A stretch of DNA of 64,000 nucleotides from Lepidodermella squamata. Its lineage: Eukaryota; Animalia; Gastrotricha. Made by a program: the position numbers and the translations under genes. Shown in pieces: positions 14,301 through 26,600 of the stretch. The DNA is taken from contig JBLDXI010000073.1 in assembly GCA_047495785.1 (NCBI GenBank), positions 1-64,000 on the forward strand, given 5' to 3'. How positions within the stretch are numbered: the first letter of the stretch is position 1; every line of letters begins with the position of its first letter. The notes under the pieces are model-generated. The model was not told where the DNA came from and ran no database searches. It saw nothing but the letters and a program-made list of their open reading frames with translations.

Positions 14301-17300
14301 AGAAAAATCAGAATAAATTCTGATAAAGGAAAAGAAAATAAAAAAAATGTCTAAATTTAATTGTTTGATAATTTGGTAAAAAAAATCTTTCATTTGAATT
14401 TTTTCGATTTTCCGAAATTTTCTGTACTATTTTTCAAAAAAATTTAAATTTTTTCAAAATAATTTGAATTTCTTTTTTTTCGAGGATCTGAGAATGTGAA
14501 TCGTTAATTTGAATTTTTCGATTTTTTTTATTTTATATTCTCATTTCAGGGCTTGTTATTCTCGAAAGCAGCGAACGCAGCTGATAATGAAAATCAATGT
14601 GCTCAGAAGAAGGGGTTCATTCGCTGCCTCAAAAAAGGCGAGACTACGTTCTCAAAGTGCCACGGCTACATTCCCGAGCTCAGCGGGGTTCAATGGTGCG
14701 ATGCAGATTCAGAAGACCAGCAGGTAAGACCGATCTGAACTTTGGAATCCGTACCTTGCTATTCCTTTCAATAATAGGCTGATTTCACCACATACGACGC
14801 ATGCTCGAACTACGTAAATACGGCTTTAATTTACGATTTTCCGACGAAGTTAACTATTTCATTTCCAGGAAGCTGTGAGCTGCCTGACGGCAACAGGAGA
14901 GATCTACTGCCCATCGAAAAAGATCGGCTGCACTTCAAGCCAAGCTGATGTCAAGGTGAGAATTTGAAGCTTTTTGAAATTGAAGCTTCATTATAAAACT
15001 TCAATATTCAATTTAGGGAGATGACTTTGCAGACCCGAATAAAAACCTGAATCAGAATCAACAGGACTGCAACGCAGCTAAAAAGTACATCAGGTGCTTT
15101 GACGCGACCTCGAAAAAATTCACCAAGTGCCGTGGCTATATCGAATCTCTTGTCTCAAAAAATCACCCATTCTGCCTCGCAACCGAAGTTCAGGTGAATT
15201 TTTGGACAAGAATATGAAACAATTCTACAATAATTTTATTTTCAGGATGTGAACAGCTTGACTTTTAGCGACAGTGGCGAATGCGAACAATTTGTTAGTC
15301 AATTTTTCATCTTTTTCTCGATTCTTGGTGAACTTATTTGTTTGCTATAGCAAGCTATCAGCTGTGTCGATCCCACGGTGACTACAGCTAATTCGTTCTA
15401 CTGCATGCCAAGCGAACAAAATTGTGTCGAAAAAGATGCGGTTTGTTCATTTCAATTAAATTACTGAAAATTCTAATTTCTCGCAATAGAATGGCGCGGT
15501 TGTGAAACAAGATGAAATTGTAAGCTAGGAAACTCAAATGCGACAGCTTTTCAACGAATATTTTCAAAGGGTCCAATCCTCGTTAGCTCGAAAACTACCT
15601 TCATTGCGAATTTGCTGGAATGCCTCGACCAAGCTTCGTACATTCGCTGCTACGACGCTAATGGCCAATACAGTGCTTGCTTGGGAAATGCTCCGACTGT
15701 TTCTTGCGCTCAGGGAGAAACACAGGTCTTGTCCTATTTATCAATTGCCAGTTTCGCTAATTTTGATATTTCAGGTTGGACCTTTCTTGGCACCGGACGC
15801 TTACACCCACTGCACATCAGGATTCGTGAGTTTCAATCAAAAAATATTCAAACGAATTATTGGTATTTTTTATAATTCGATAACTTTGTTTGGAATTTTC
15901 TATAAGATTATCTAAATTTCTCATTTGTATCTCTGAAACAGCAAGCGGTCAGTTGTCTGAACCCGAAAATCACAACTGTGGATTCGTATTACTGCATAGC
16001 GCAGTCTACGGGTTGTGGTTCCGACCTGACTGGCTATACCTATCAATCTGGAAAGCTGATCGCGGACAATTTGGATCTTTGTGGAACTAACCGTGCGTAC
16101 GTTCGCTGCTTCTCTAAATCCGACGGCTCGTTCACTGGCTGCCGTGGATACTCGCCGAGCCACGATGGAAATATCTGCGACTCTGCTACCGAGAGTCAAG
16201 GTTCTATTGTCGCCGATTATGCAGATTGCTCAGATTTCGTGAGTTTTGTAATTGTTTACTGTTGGAATAGAAATCTTCTGAACAACATTTCGATAGTCAC
16301 AGAGGAATTAGCATCGTTTTTAATAAATTCCAAATTCAGAAGATTTCCAGAAAGAAATTTATTAAAATTCCTGAGCTGTTAAGAGTGAGGAATTATTTTG
16401 AGAAAACGAATGTAAAATTCTAAATTCTCACATGATATTTTCCTTAGGTAGCCCAGCTGTGTTACGACCCCTCAACGGCGACTGCAACTTGTGGAAAACC
16501 ATCCGACTGCTCGACCCCCAATGTGAGACCTTTCCAAGCACTTAATCTCATTAAACAATGTTTTACTCAATGCCTATAGCTGAAGGCCGATATCTACTTC
16601 TCGGAAGCTACGCTTGCTCTTAACATCGCCAAATGCAAAGAATCCATTCAATTTATCAAGTGTTCCGCGTTCTCAATTTTCCAAGATTGCCGGCCCTATG
16701 TTCCGTCTCTCGGCTTGCAGAGCTACTGCCTGACCGGGGAAACACAGGTATTACCTACATGTTCGCTTCGATGTGTCTAATCCTTATGTCCTGCATGCAG
16801 GATACGAATATTGTGTTCAAATCGTGCTCAGAGTTCGCTCAATTATGCTACAACCCTACTGACGCGACCGCCTCTTGTCTCGCTAAAGGAGCTTGCGATG
16901 GCGGCCGCTCAAAGGTGAGAAGCAACGAATTTCGGTCTCGATATTTCAACCCTTTTTGCAGGCTGATCTCTTCTCGGCAAAGGCGACTCTGGCCGACAAC
17001 GTGAAAGACTGCCAGGACGCGCAGCAGTACATCAAGTGCTACAAAGATTCTGTCTTCCAAGCGTGCAGGCCTAACGTCCCTCTCTTGCAAGGTCCGTACT
17101 GTTTAACGGGCGAAACCCAGGGTCAATCTGCGCCGGTTTCGCTTGAAATCTGTACCGATTACGTTGCAACTAGCTGTGTCGATCCGAATACGAACTCGGC
17201 CGCGTCCTACTACTGTATCAGTGCGAAAACAGGCTGCAGAAATGGCGATTTAACGGTAATTGATTGTGATCCTGAATTTTTCGCCTTTATAGCAAAATTG

Positions 17301-20300
17301 GTGAAATCTTTTGATTCGATATTTGTAGAATTTCCATAACTTTCTAAAGATTTAGAAATCAATTTAAAATAATGGGCTTATCAGAGCTTATTTTTTTATA
17401 TTGTTAAAATATGACAATTTGCGCCATATTTTCGTCTTAAATTCGGGCCATAGTGATAGTTTGAAAATGAATTTTCTACTATTCAGGGTGTTTCGTACTC
17501 AGCTGCGGAAACTTACAAAGAGAACAACGATCAGTGTCTCCTCGACACGAAATTCACGCGATGCTACGACCAAACGACGAATGATTACGTGCAATGCCTC
17601 GGCAGCACGGCGAACATCCGATCAACGTGCCCAGCTAGCCAGTACAAAGTAAGATTTTACTCCTTACTCACCTCTGAATCATTCCAACAATGACGTAATC
17701 GCTTTTCAGAAATTCGACTTCCCATCTTGGGCTGATTGTTCTAAACCTTTCGTGAGTTTTTAATTTGCTGAATTCTTCAATCTTGAAGTGGCGTAATTTT
17801 TCGAACAGGCTGCTCTAAGCTGTGTCAATCAGAATGATATTAGCGCTAGCTCTATTTCTTGTGGTCCTCTTGAGACTGGTTGCGGAGCTAACGTTCAAGT
17901 AAGCTCCATTTTCAGTGCATTGATCAAATCGGTTTCGTTCAAATTCATCATAGGGCAATGGTTACGATGACCTGAAGACAGCTGAGGAGAATCTGAACGC
18001 CTGCGACGCATCTAAAGCTTACGTCCGTTGCTATGACCTGGATACAACCCGTTTCAATGGCTGTCGCGGTTACATAACTGGAAAATCCGGCAATCAGTGT
18101 TTACTAACGGAGAAAGAGGTAAGGGGTAGGATTATTCCAAGTTAACAGGTAACCAAAAAATCATACCTCTCCCACCTGGCTGTTGTTATGGTGGCGATAG
18201 TTCATTGATGCGATCTCTTCTCTTAGGGACCAAATTTCCCCAAGTTTTCCGACTGCTCTTTGAACTTCGTAAGTTCCTATTCAGCTAGATAGAAGAGAAA
18301 ACTATCGATTATCCTCCTGAACTAGCGTGCTCGTAGCTGCATCAACACGAAACTTGATTCATCCGAATCCTACTACTGTGTCAATGCCGATACTCAATGC
18401 AATACCGGAGATTTACAGGTAAATATTGATAAATTCTGATAGGTGATTCATACCAGATTGGATCTATCAGGGCGATATATTCGATCAAAAATCAACGTTA
18501 GAATTGAATCTTGGGGGCTGTCAAGCAGCAGCTTCGTATGTGAGGTGCCGTCAGCCTGACAACACATTTTTAGGTTGCCGCGGCTACGTCGCTAGCCAGT
18601 CTGGAAAAATTTGCGCAGCTGGTGCTAATGAAGTGAGATCTGATGAAATACCAAAGTGGTAAATTAACTAGCAAATTCTCATTGCATAGGGACCGAAAGC
18701 TGCTACCTATGCCGAATGTTTGCAATTCGTAAGTTTCAGGGTCTACCAAAGTCAATTTTATATTATAATTTGTCCAGGTTCGAGTCGGATGTTTGAGCGT
18801 AGCGAAAGGTATCTACTCTTGCATCGACCCTAAATCCTGTGTTTCCCCAGCCGAAATTACCAAAACCTACGACAAATTTGACAATGCGACTGAAAACGAG
18901 CAGCAATGCGCGTCTGAAATTCAATTCGTCCGCTGCTACAACCAAGCCACACCATCTCGATTCGTGGCCTGTCGTACCAAGGTCCCTATCGAGCCTCCCC
19001 ACGTCGCTCCGGCTTCGTTCTGCTTGAATGGTGAGACCCAATTAGGCGAAGCTTTTGGGTCTTTGGATAGCTGCGCTGCCTTTGTTAGTTTTCTTTTTTT
19101 GTTGAAAATGGGATTTTTTCTGTACTTTGAATTACAGAGGGCACAACTATGCTACAACATGGCTGATGGCCTTCTGTCTTGCTCATTCTTCAACAGCGGC
19201 TATTGTGGAGTTGGAAAAGTCTACGTAAGCTCAGCAAAGCTTCCTTTGATGCCAAACGTCCAGGTTCATGATTTAAGGCTGAGATTTTCGACTCGAGGCC
19301 TACTACGGACGAAAATATCGCCGATTGCGAACTTACGGCGAAATACGTTCGTTGCTACAACAGCAAAACTAAGAAATTCAAAGCATGCCGGGGATTCATT
19401 CCCAACATCAAGACTGGATTTTGTGGTGTAGGAGAAAGCGAGGTAAATATTACCTTTTCCATCGCAGGAAGTTAATCGATTTTCAACAGATGGTTCCACG
19501 ATGGGTCTATAGCTCACTAGATGCCTGCAAAGCTCACGTGAGTTTGGCAGTTTATGTTAGCCTTAAACTTGATCGATCTGCCGTTTCTAAAACAGAAAGT
19601 AATGGCGGTTCAAGATCAGAAATTGCCGTGGTTCGAAGCTCACCTCGATTGTCTCGCCAAAGGAGCCACCTTGGCTATCATTCGTGAACCCACCGATTTT
19701 ACACGAGTTCTAGCCATCAGCCGTGGAAAACCAACCTGGGTCGGGCTTCGGCAAGTTGAGCGCAAGTGGAGCTGGATCGACGGCAATCCTCACGACCGAC
19801 AGCTAGTACCTTGGTTCCAAAGCTTGACCCGCTGGGAACCCAGTGGAAACGGCGATTGTAAGCATTATTTTCTAAATTTTCCACGCGATGTTAATTAGCT
19901 GTGGAAGTTAACGCGATTTATCTTTATCAGGTGTTGAAATGCTGGGTGGATCCCGTCAGTTCACTCTGAACGACCTGAACTGCGACGAGAAGCGCTTCTA
20001 CGTCTGTCAATTTTCAAGAGTCGTATGTTGATTTCCCTCACATTTTTTTGCAATATTTGCTCCTTTTAAAAGTATGGAACGCGATACGTTGTTGTGAATT
20101 CTCCTGGGAGTGCGGTATCTTGGGACGCTGCGTTTGATCTATGCCGGTTGTACGGTGGCCAGCTAGCTGTCATTCTCACGTTGGATGATTTAACGGAAAT
20201 TAGAGCAGCTATCAGTGCTAAAGGTTCGAGTAGTATATTATCGCTTAGTAAATTCCTAAAAATGTCAAATTAAAGATTAAAGAAGGAAAATTAAATTTTC

Positions 20301-20663
20301 AAATTTTATTATTGCATTTTTTCCTAAATCAATTTGTTGATTTTCCTTTTTCAATTTCATTGTTGATAATTTCCAGTTTTCGACGAGATTCCGAAAGTTT
20401 GGATCGGTTTGCAAAAGGCTGAGACTGAAACGTGGCGTTGGATCGATTCGATCCCTGCTTATTCGAAAAATTGGGCTGTTTCGAGCGAATCCGATGCCGA
20501 CGGTCCTTGTAAGACTATTTCCGTCCTATCTATCTAGTCTTGGAATTCGTCATGTTATTATCATTCAGGTGGTTACTACTCCAAGGCAGGATTCGATGGC
20601 TGTGAATGCTCGAGCGCTAAGCCGTACATTTGCGAATATTACGAGCAACGATTTCAAGGTTAA
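11350..20663 (+). CDS. Giant secreted protein: signal peptide + about 16 Cys-rich repeats + 2 C-type lectin domains (dozens of short exons)
   Basis: Signal-like N-terminus MRDIAAIILLIGLISTTANA. Recurring motif C-x5-[YF][VI]RC[YF]-x6-F-x2-CR-x8-C-x2-GE. CTL1 WVGLRQ..WIDG..EPSG..LNDLNC..YVC; CTL2 WIGL..WRWID..KPYICEY. Stop TAA at 20661-20663. Confidence 0.88.
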
Positions 20664-22107
20664 ACAACGGGATAGTGACCTGAAGTTGGCTATTTGATTG
20701 CTTCAAATCTGAGAGAATCGAGGACTTTGAAACACGCATGCGAATCATAAGAGTATTTATTTCTTTCCTTTTGATCTGTTTTCCGAGAATAAACTTGATA
20801 ATCATCGAATAATATTTAGCAGTAAAATTGTCTGTTACATGTGACTTGAATTACGAACGCGATAAAATCATACTTCTAGTTATTAACACAATGGAAAGTT
20901 GAAGGAAATGTCATTCATGTTGAACGAGTTCAATTTGGTTTAGCTATTAAGCGAGCACCGGCTGGAATGGCACTGACATTAAATCGTTGATAACATTGGA
21001 CGAGTCCAGTTTTTCTGCGTGATACATCTATGAAGCGTTTGTGTTCGAAACAACATTCATTCATGCGGCTACGGTTCGGAATCATATCGCAACATTCGTC
21101 TTTCACAAATATTTGCCAGCATGAAAAAGCCTTGTCCGAGTCCGCCGAGTCCGTGAATCTAGCTAAACTCTAAACGACTTTCCACAACAACAACCCTGAT
21201 CACCGTGATCACCAGCTCTGAAAAGGTCAATCGGATGGGCCGATATTCTGCCCAGTCGAACGAGCCACGGAGTTTATTTATCGAATGACCGGCGTTACGT
21301 TTCACCCTTGTGCCAGTCGGGGACACCAGGCAGGCGCACTGCCATTTAATAAAGAGTTTAAATGGACCGAGAAGGCCAGAAGACTGTGTGGACTTAATTA
21401 CTATGAACAGTCAGAAATACATAATATGTGCTTGTAGTGTAAAAGCGGCTCATAAAAAACGCAACTCTAGTGCGTGTTCACACGCGAACAATGATGCGTC
21501 ACAACACGCCAAAGACAGTAACTAGGGCAAAAATAGCTATAAAACGCGAGCTGAATGCATTGAAAAAATCAGAGTTTCATCGATACTTAGTTTTTGAGAT
21601 TTTCTGATCTTTTTCTGGTAATTCTACTGGCATTTTCATGGCTTCTGGCGCAAGGGCACTAGGTGGACCTGCTGAATACAGTGCTGGCTATCAATACCGA
21701 AAACAATCAAATTGATGCGGCCTGAATCGCGCGCTACCTTGCCAATTCAATCACTAATCAATGAAAACCTGAACTATTTATTTTTATCATTTTTTATTTT
21801 TGTTGATGATTGTTGATGATTGATTATTGTTGATTTTAAAGAAGATCGTTGACATTCCTGCGATTTCCGAATAAAAATGGTCAAAATCATGAATAAAATT
21901 AGCATATGGGCGTGTTAAGACGCCTCATTAGCGTGTCGAGACGTCTTAGTAATTTATTTTCGCAACTTGCGGGTATAGACGTCGAGTTTTTGAAAAAGCG
22001 GGTATACGCGTCCAAGTTGACGTGTAAACGCGCAAAATCACCGAAAAACGCCTTTGCGTGTATAGACATAGACACGCGCTGCCGTAGGCGCTGGCGGGTT
22101 AATTTCA

Positions 22108-23430
22108 TTTTGAAAATTGCAACATCCCGAGGAGGGGCGGCGGGAGCTTCTGCCCGATTTTCCAATTGCTCTGATCATATTAGGCCATTTGAATGGGAAT
22201 CAGACATCAGACCATGCCTGAGAGATAATAATTCATTCATTCAATCGATTTTCCTATCGAATCGGCGTGTCCTCTTGACGGCCTTATGACTTGAAATTAC
22301 GAAGTTTGTGATCGCTCAATCCCATTAGTTCGATGAAATTCATAAATCAAAAATATCAAAAATATTACAAACTATTTTGGGAAACTCTTCGATACCAGCT
22401 GCTTCGATACAAGCTTTATTGTCCTTGTCACGAAAAAGTCCTAGTTGGAATTTACTTAAATTTTGAAAGATACATTTATTATAACGTATATGGATGGCGT
22501 TCTCTCGATTTAATGGGATCATCCATCGACAAGACTAGCTTGAAACTGGCTTCTAAAGTATGACCAATATTTTTTTTGCCTCGCATTTTTTCAATAACTT
22601 CGTGACCATGAGGAATTTTTTGGAGCGGTTTTCACCATTTGATAAATCAGGTCTTCGGTAAACTTTCCTCAAATTTTCGTCAAAATTGCGAAGAAATTGG
22701 TGACAAAAATGCCGTTTGCGGTTTCAATTAAGAATTCTCATTTTTGAAAAATGGCATTTTTCAGGTTTTTTGGTTTGGCGGCATCATCCTGTGGAAAAGC
22801 TTTATTCGGTCATTTTCTTCGTTGGGAATTAGATCAATAACACGTCTCCAACAGAGAAATTCATCTTGACACCCACAGAAAAGTTCTTATCCACCAACAG
22901 CGATCCGAAATGGCTTTTTGAATTTTTTTGAGTGGTCTGTGCCAACCTGGTGATGCCGCAAGTTTCGGACAGTCGTATGATTTCTTTTTTGGAATCGGTG
23001 ACTCCGATTAGTCACAGGCCATCTCTCAAACGGCTCAAATCCTCAGGGAAGAGTGATGATCAGCTCTTGCCATATTGGACGCAAAAACGCCATTTTTCAA
23101 AAATGAGAATTCTTAATTGAAACCGCAAACGGCATTTTTGTCACCAATTTCTTCGCTCTGAACCAATTTTGACGAAAATTTGAGGAAAGTTTACCGAAGA
23201 CCTGATTTATCAAATGGTGGAAACCGCTCCAAAAAATTCCTCATGGTCACGAAGTTATTGAAAAAATGCGAGGCAAAAAAAATATTGGTCATACTTTACC
23301 TATTCACCGTTGATTTGTTCAACATCCTGGCGATTACGTTCAATATTTTAACCATTTTTATCATTTGAATTTGACTTTGAAAATCGTAACATCCCGAGGA
23401 GGGGAGGCGGGAGCTTCTGGCCGATTTTCC
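22108..23430 (+). repeat. Two copies of a about 55-bp GC-rich direct repeat (about 22108-22162 and 23376-23430)
   Basis: TTTGAAAAT..AACATCCCGAGGAGGGG.GGCGGGAGCTTCTG.CCGATTTTCC occurs at both sites. Confidence 0.7.
22554..23298. mobile_element. Non-autonomous foldback DNA transposon, about 745 bp, with about 200-bp TIRs
   Basis: TAAAGTATGACCAATATTTT... and ...AAAATATTGGTCATACTTTA are near-perfect inverted arms. No coding capacity. Superfamily unclear (TA or degenerate TTAA flank). Confidence 0.85.
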
Positions 23431-23630
23431 TACTAGGCTGGCCTTCACTCCGCTGATTTGCCAGTCGGTGGTTACTATTCTATCGAGATCCTACGCCTCT
23501 GCATACGAAATACTATCGTTATTTCTGTTGATAGCTGGTAGCCTAGATCTTGAAATTTAACTCTGAAGGTTTTTAAAATATTTATCCTTTTAAAATTTTA
23601 TATCTGAACTCAGGTGTCTCACTGTTTTAT

Positions 23631-26600
23631 TTATTGATATTTAGCTTTGAATTCGTCCGCCAGAATACTAACGGTATGCGTATGTCCCTTTATAGCAGCT
23701 GCGTACCAGGGCGTATGGCCGTTTTTATCAGTTGCATTAACATCAGCATTGAATTCCTCAGCAAGAATTCTAACGATTTCCGCTTTTCCTCGCGCGGCAG
23801 CATCGTACAAGGGTGTCTTGCCATCTTTATCACGGGCATTAACATCAGCTCTAAAATTCCTCACCAGCTTTTTAACGGTATCCGCAAATCCATTGCTAGC
23901 AGCTGCGTGTAAGGGTGTCTTGCCATTTTCATAACGGGCATTAACATCAGCATTGAATTCCTCCGCCAGAATCCTGAACGCTTCATCATGCCCTCTTGCT
24001 GCTACAAGTAAGGGCGTCCAGCCATCATTGCGATTTGCTTCAACATCAGCTTCGAAATCCCTCGCCAGCATTCGAACGATATCCGCATGTCCTTTGCTAG
24101 CAGCAGCGTGCAAGGGTGTCTCGCCATCTTTATCACGGGTATTAACATCTGCTTTGAAATCCCTCGCCAGCATTTCAACGATATCCGCATGTCCTTTGCT
24201 AGCAGCTGCGTGCAAGGGTGTCCAGCCATAATCAGAGAGTGCATTAACATCAGCTCCGAAATCCTTCGCAAGCATTCGAACGATTTCCACATGTCCGTTG
24301 CTAGCAGCTGCGTACAAGGGTGTCTTGCCATTTTCATTGCGGACATTAACATCAGCTTTGAATTCCTTCGCCAGAATTCTGACGACCTCCGCATGCCCGA
24401 AATAGGCAGCAGCAAATAAGGGCGTCCAGCCATCATTGCGATTAGCTTCAACATCAGCTTTGAATTCGTCCGCCAGAATTTTAACGATATCCGTATGTCC
24501 GCTGCTAGCAGCTGCGTACAAGGGCGTCTGGCAGTTTTTATCAGTTGCATTAACATCAGCTTTGAATTCCTCCGCCAACATTTTAACGATTTCCGCATGT
24601 CCTTTGCTAGCAGCAGCGTGCAAGGGTGTCCAGCCATAATCAGAGGGTGCATTAACATCTACTTCGAAATCCCTCACCAGCATTTCAACTATTTCCACAT
24701 GTCCGTTGCTAGCAGCTGCGTGCAAGGGTGTCTCGCCATATTCATCACGGGAATTAAAATCTGCTTTGAATTCGTCCGCCAGAATTCTGACGACATTCGC
24801 ATACCCATATCTAGCAGCTGCGTGTAAGGGTGTCTTGCCATGTTCATCACGGACATTAACATCAGCTTTGAATTCCTTCGCCAGAATTCTGACGACCTCC
24901 GCATGCCCGAAATAAGCAGCAGCAAGTAAGGGCGTCCAGTCATCATTGCGATTAGCTTCAACATCAGCTTTGAATTTCTCCGCCAGAATTTTAACGGTAT
25001 CCGCATGTCCCTTGCTAGCAGCTGCGTGCAAGGGTGTCCTGCCATATTTATCACGGGTATTAACATCAGCTTCAAATTTCTTCGCCAGAATTTCAACGTT
25101 TTCCACATGTCCGTTGCTGGCAGCAGCGTACAAGGGTGTCCAGCCATAATCAGAGGGTGCATTAACATCTACTTCGAAATCCCTCACCAGCATTTCTACG
25201 ATATCCGCATGTCCGTTACTAGCAGCTGCGTACAAGGGTGTCTTGCCATGTTTATCACGGGCATTAACATCAGCTCTAAATTTCTTCGCCAGAATTTCAA
25301 CAATATCCGCATGTCCGTTGCTAGCAGCTGCGTACAAGGGTGTCTTGCCATTTTCATCACGGGCATTAACATCAGCTTTAAATTCATTCGCCATAATTTC
25401 AACAATATCCGCATGCCCATTTCTAGCAGCTGCGTTCAAGGGTGTCTTGCCATTTTCATCACGGGCATCAACATCAGCTTTGAAATCCCTGGCTAGAATC
25501 TTCACTATTTCCGAATGGCCCTTCGCGGAAGCAGTGTGCAAGGGTGTCAATCTTTTTTCTGGGGCATCATTATTCCCTTGATTGAACAAATTAATTTTAC
25601 GCCCATCGTTAAAGGCTTTCCCTCCGCGTGGAATATCAACGTTCGCGCTGAATTCTACACCAAGAATCAGCACAATTTCTACGGATCCCTTCTCAACTGC
25701 AAGGTGAAAGGGCGTATTGCCTTCATCATCCAAGTCATCAACGTGTACCTTCAATTTTCCGGCTAAAAATCTAACGATCCCTTCGTTTCCATTTATAACA
25801 GCCATATGCAAGGGTGTCTTTCCATCATTCGACTTAACATTTGCATCCGCTGAGAATTCAACTCCAAGCAAGTTTACCATGTCCAAGTGGCCTCTCATCA
25901 CTGCCAAATGCAGCGGTGTGTAACCCGAAATCATTTTTTTGTTCACATTCTTGATGAAGTTCGCAGCCAGAAATCTTGCTACCTCAATTTGACCTTCCAT
26001 AGCTGCAACATGCAACAAATTCATGCCTTGCGCGTTTGTTATTTTTGCATCAGCCCTCATTTGTTTTGTCAAAATTTCAACAATCTTAGCGTGGCCGTTC
26101 TCCACTGCCGCCCATATTGGCGTCTTACCATCAGCCGCAGCAAGGTTGACACTTACTTTTGAATAGTCCCCAAGAATTTTTATCGCCTTTGTTCGACCAC
26201 AATCAGCAGCGATGTAGAAAGGAGTTCTCCCCAATAGATCTTTAGACAGGGGATCAGCCTTGAATTTGGTTATCAGAAGACCTACTATATCATCACGACC
26301 CTCTTGTGCAGCCAGAAACAACGGGGTAATGCCGTCATCACTCTTGCAGTTCACGTCCAATTGCAGATCTGAGTTTGATAACAACAATTCAATTTCGGCA
26401 GTTTTGTGTTGTCTTATGAGTCGAAAGAGAAACTGAAACGAAGTAGAAGAAATGAATTGAAAATCTCACAATCAAATTTGCATACCCTCTGCGCAACTTT
26501 TGGATCAAATAAATCTGGAAAACTGATCTCATGAGCGGTGAACATAATTAGCTGGGAATTCGGATCATCCAACGAGTTAAAAAGAGTTAGCGGCTCGATA

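Larger units (their letters stand above)
1..15146. repeat. Large inverted duplication (palindrome): left arm 1-7496, spacer 7497-7649, right arm 7650-15146
   Basis: Every ORF in 1-7496 has an identical mirror (coordinate sums 15146 or 15147). Base 1 mirrors 15146. The only difference I noticed is a 1-bp A-run indel (about 2214 vs about 12931). Confidence 0.98.

Noticed and set aside
20700-22550. Short ORFs downstream of the giant gene
   Set aside because: No domain signal or exon structure; probably intergenic or old repeat debris.
23376-23436. Helitron 3' end (GC-rich stretch then CTAG)
   Set aside because: Poor hairpin, not followed by T, and no 5' TC end identified.
23631-25560. Regular 102-bp repeats as a CRISPR array or satellite
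   Set aside because: In-frame ankyrin coding units in a eukaryotic gene; no repeat-spacer structure or cas genes.
23634-26162. Many antisense and alternative-frame ORFs over the ankyrin arrays (also 35.5-36.5, 52-53.3 and 57.8-58.8 kb)
   Set aside because: Shadows of a repetitive coding frame; no independent signals.
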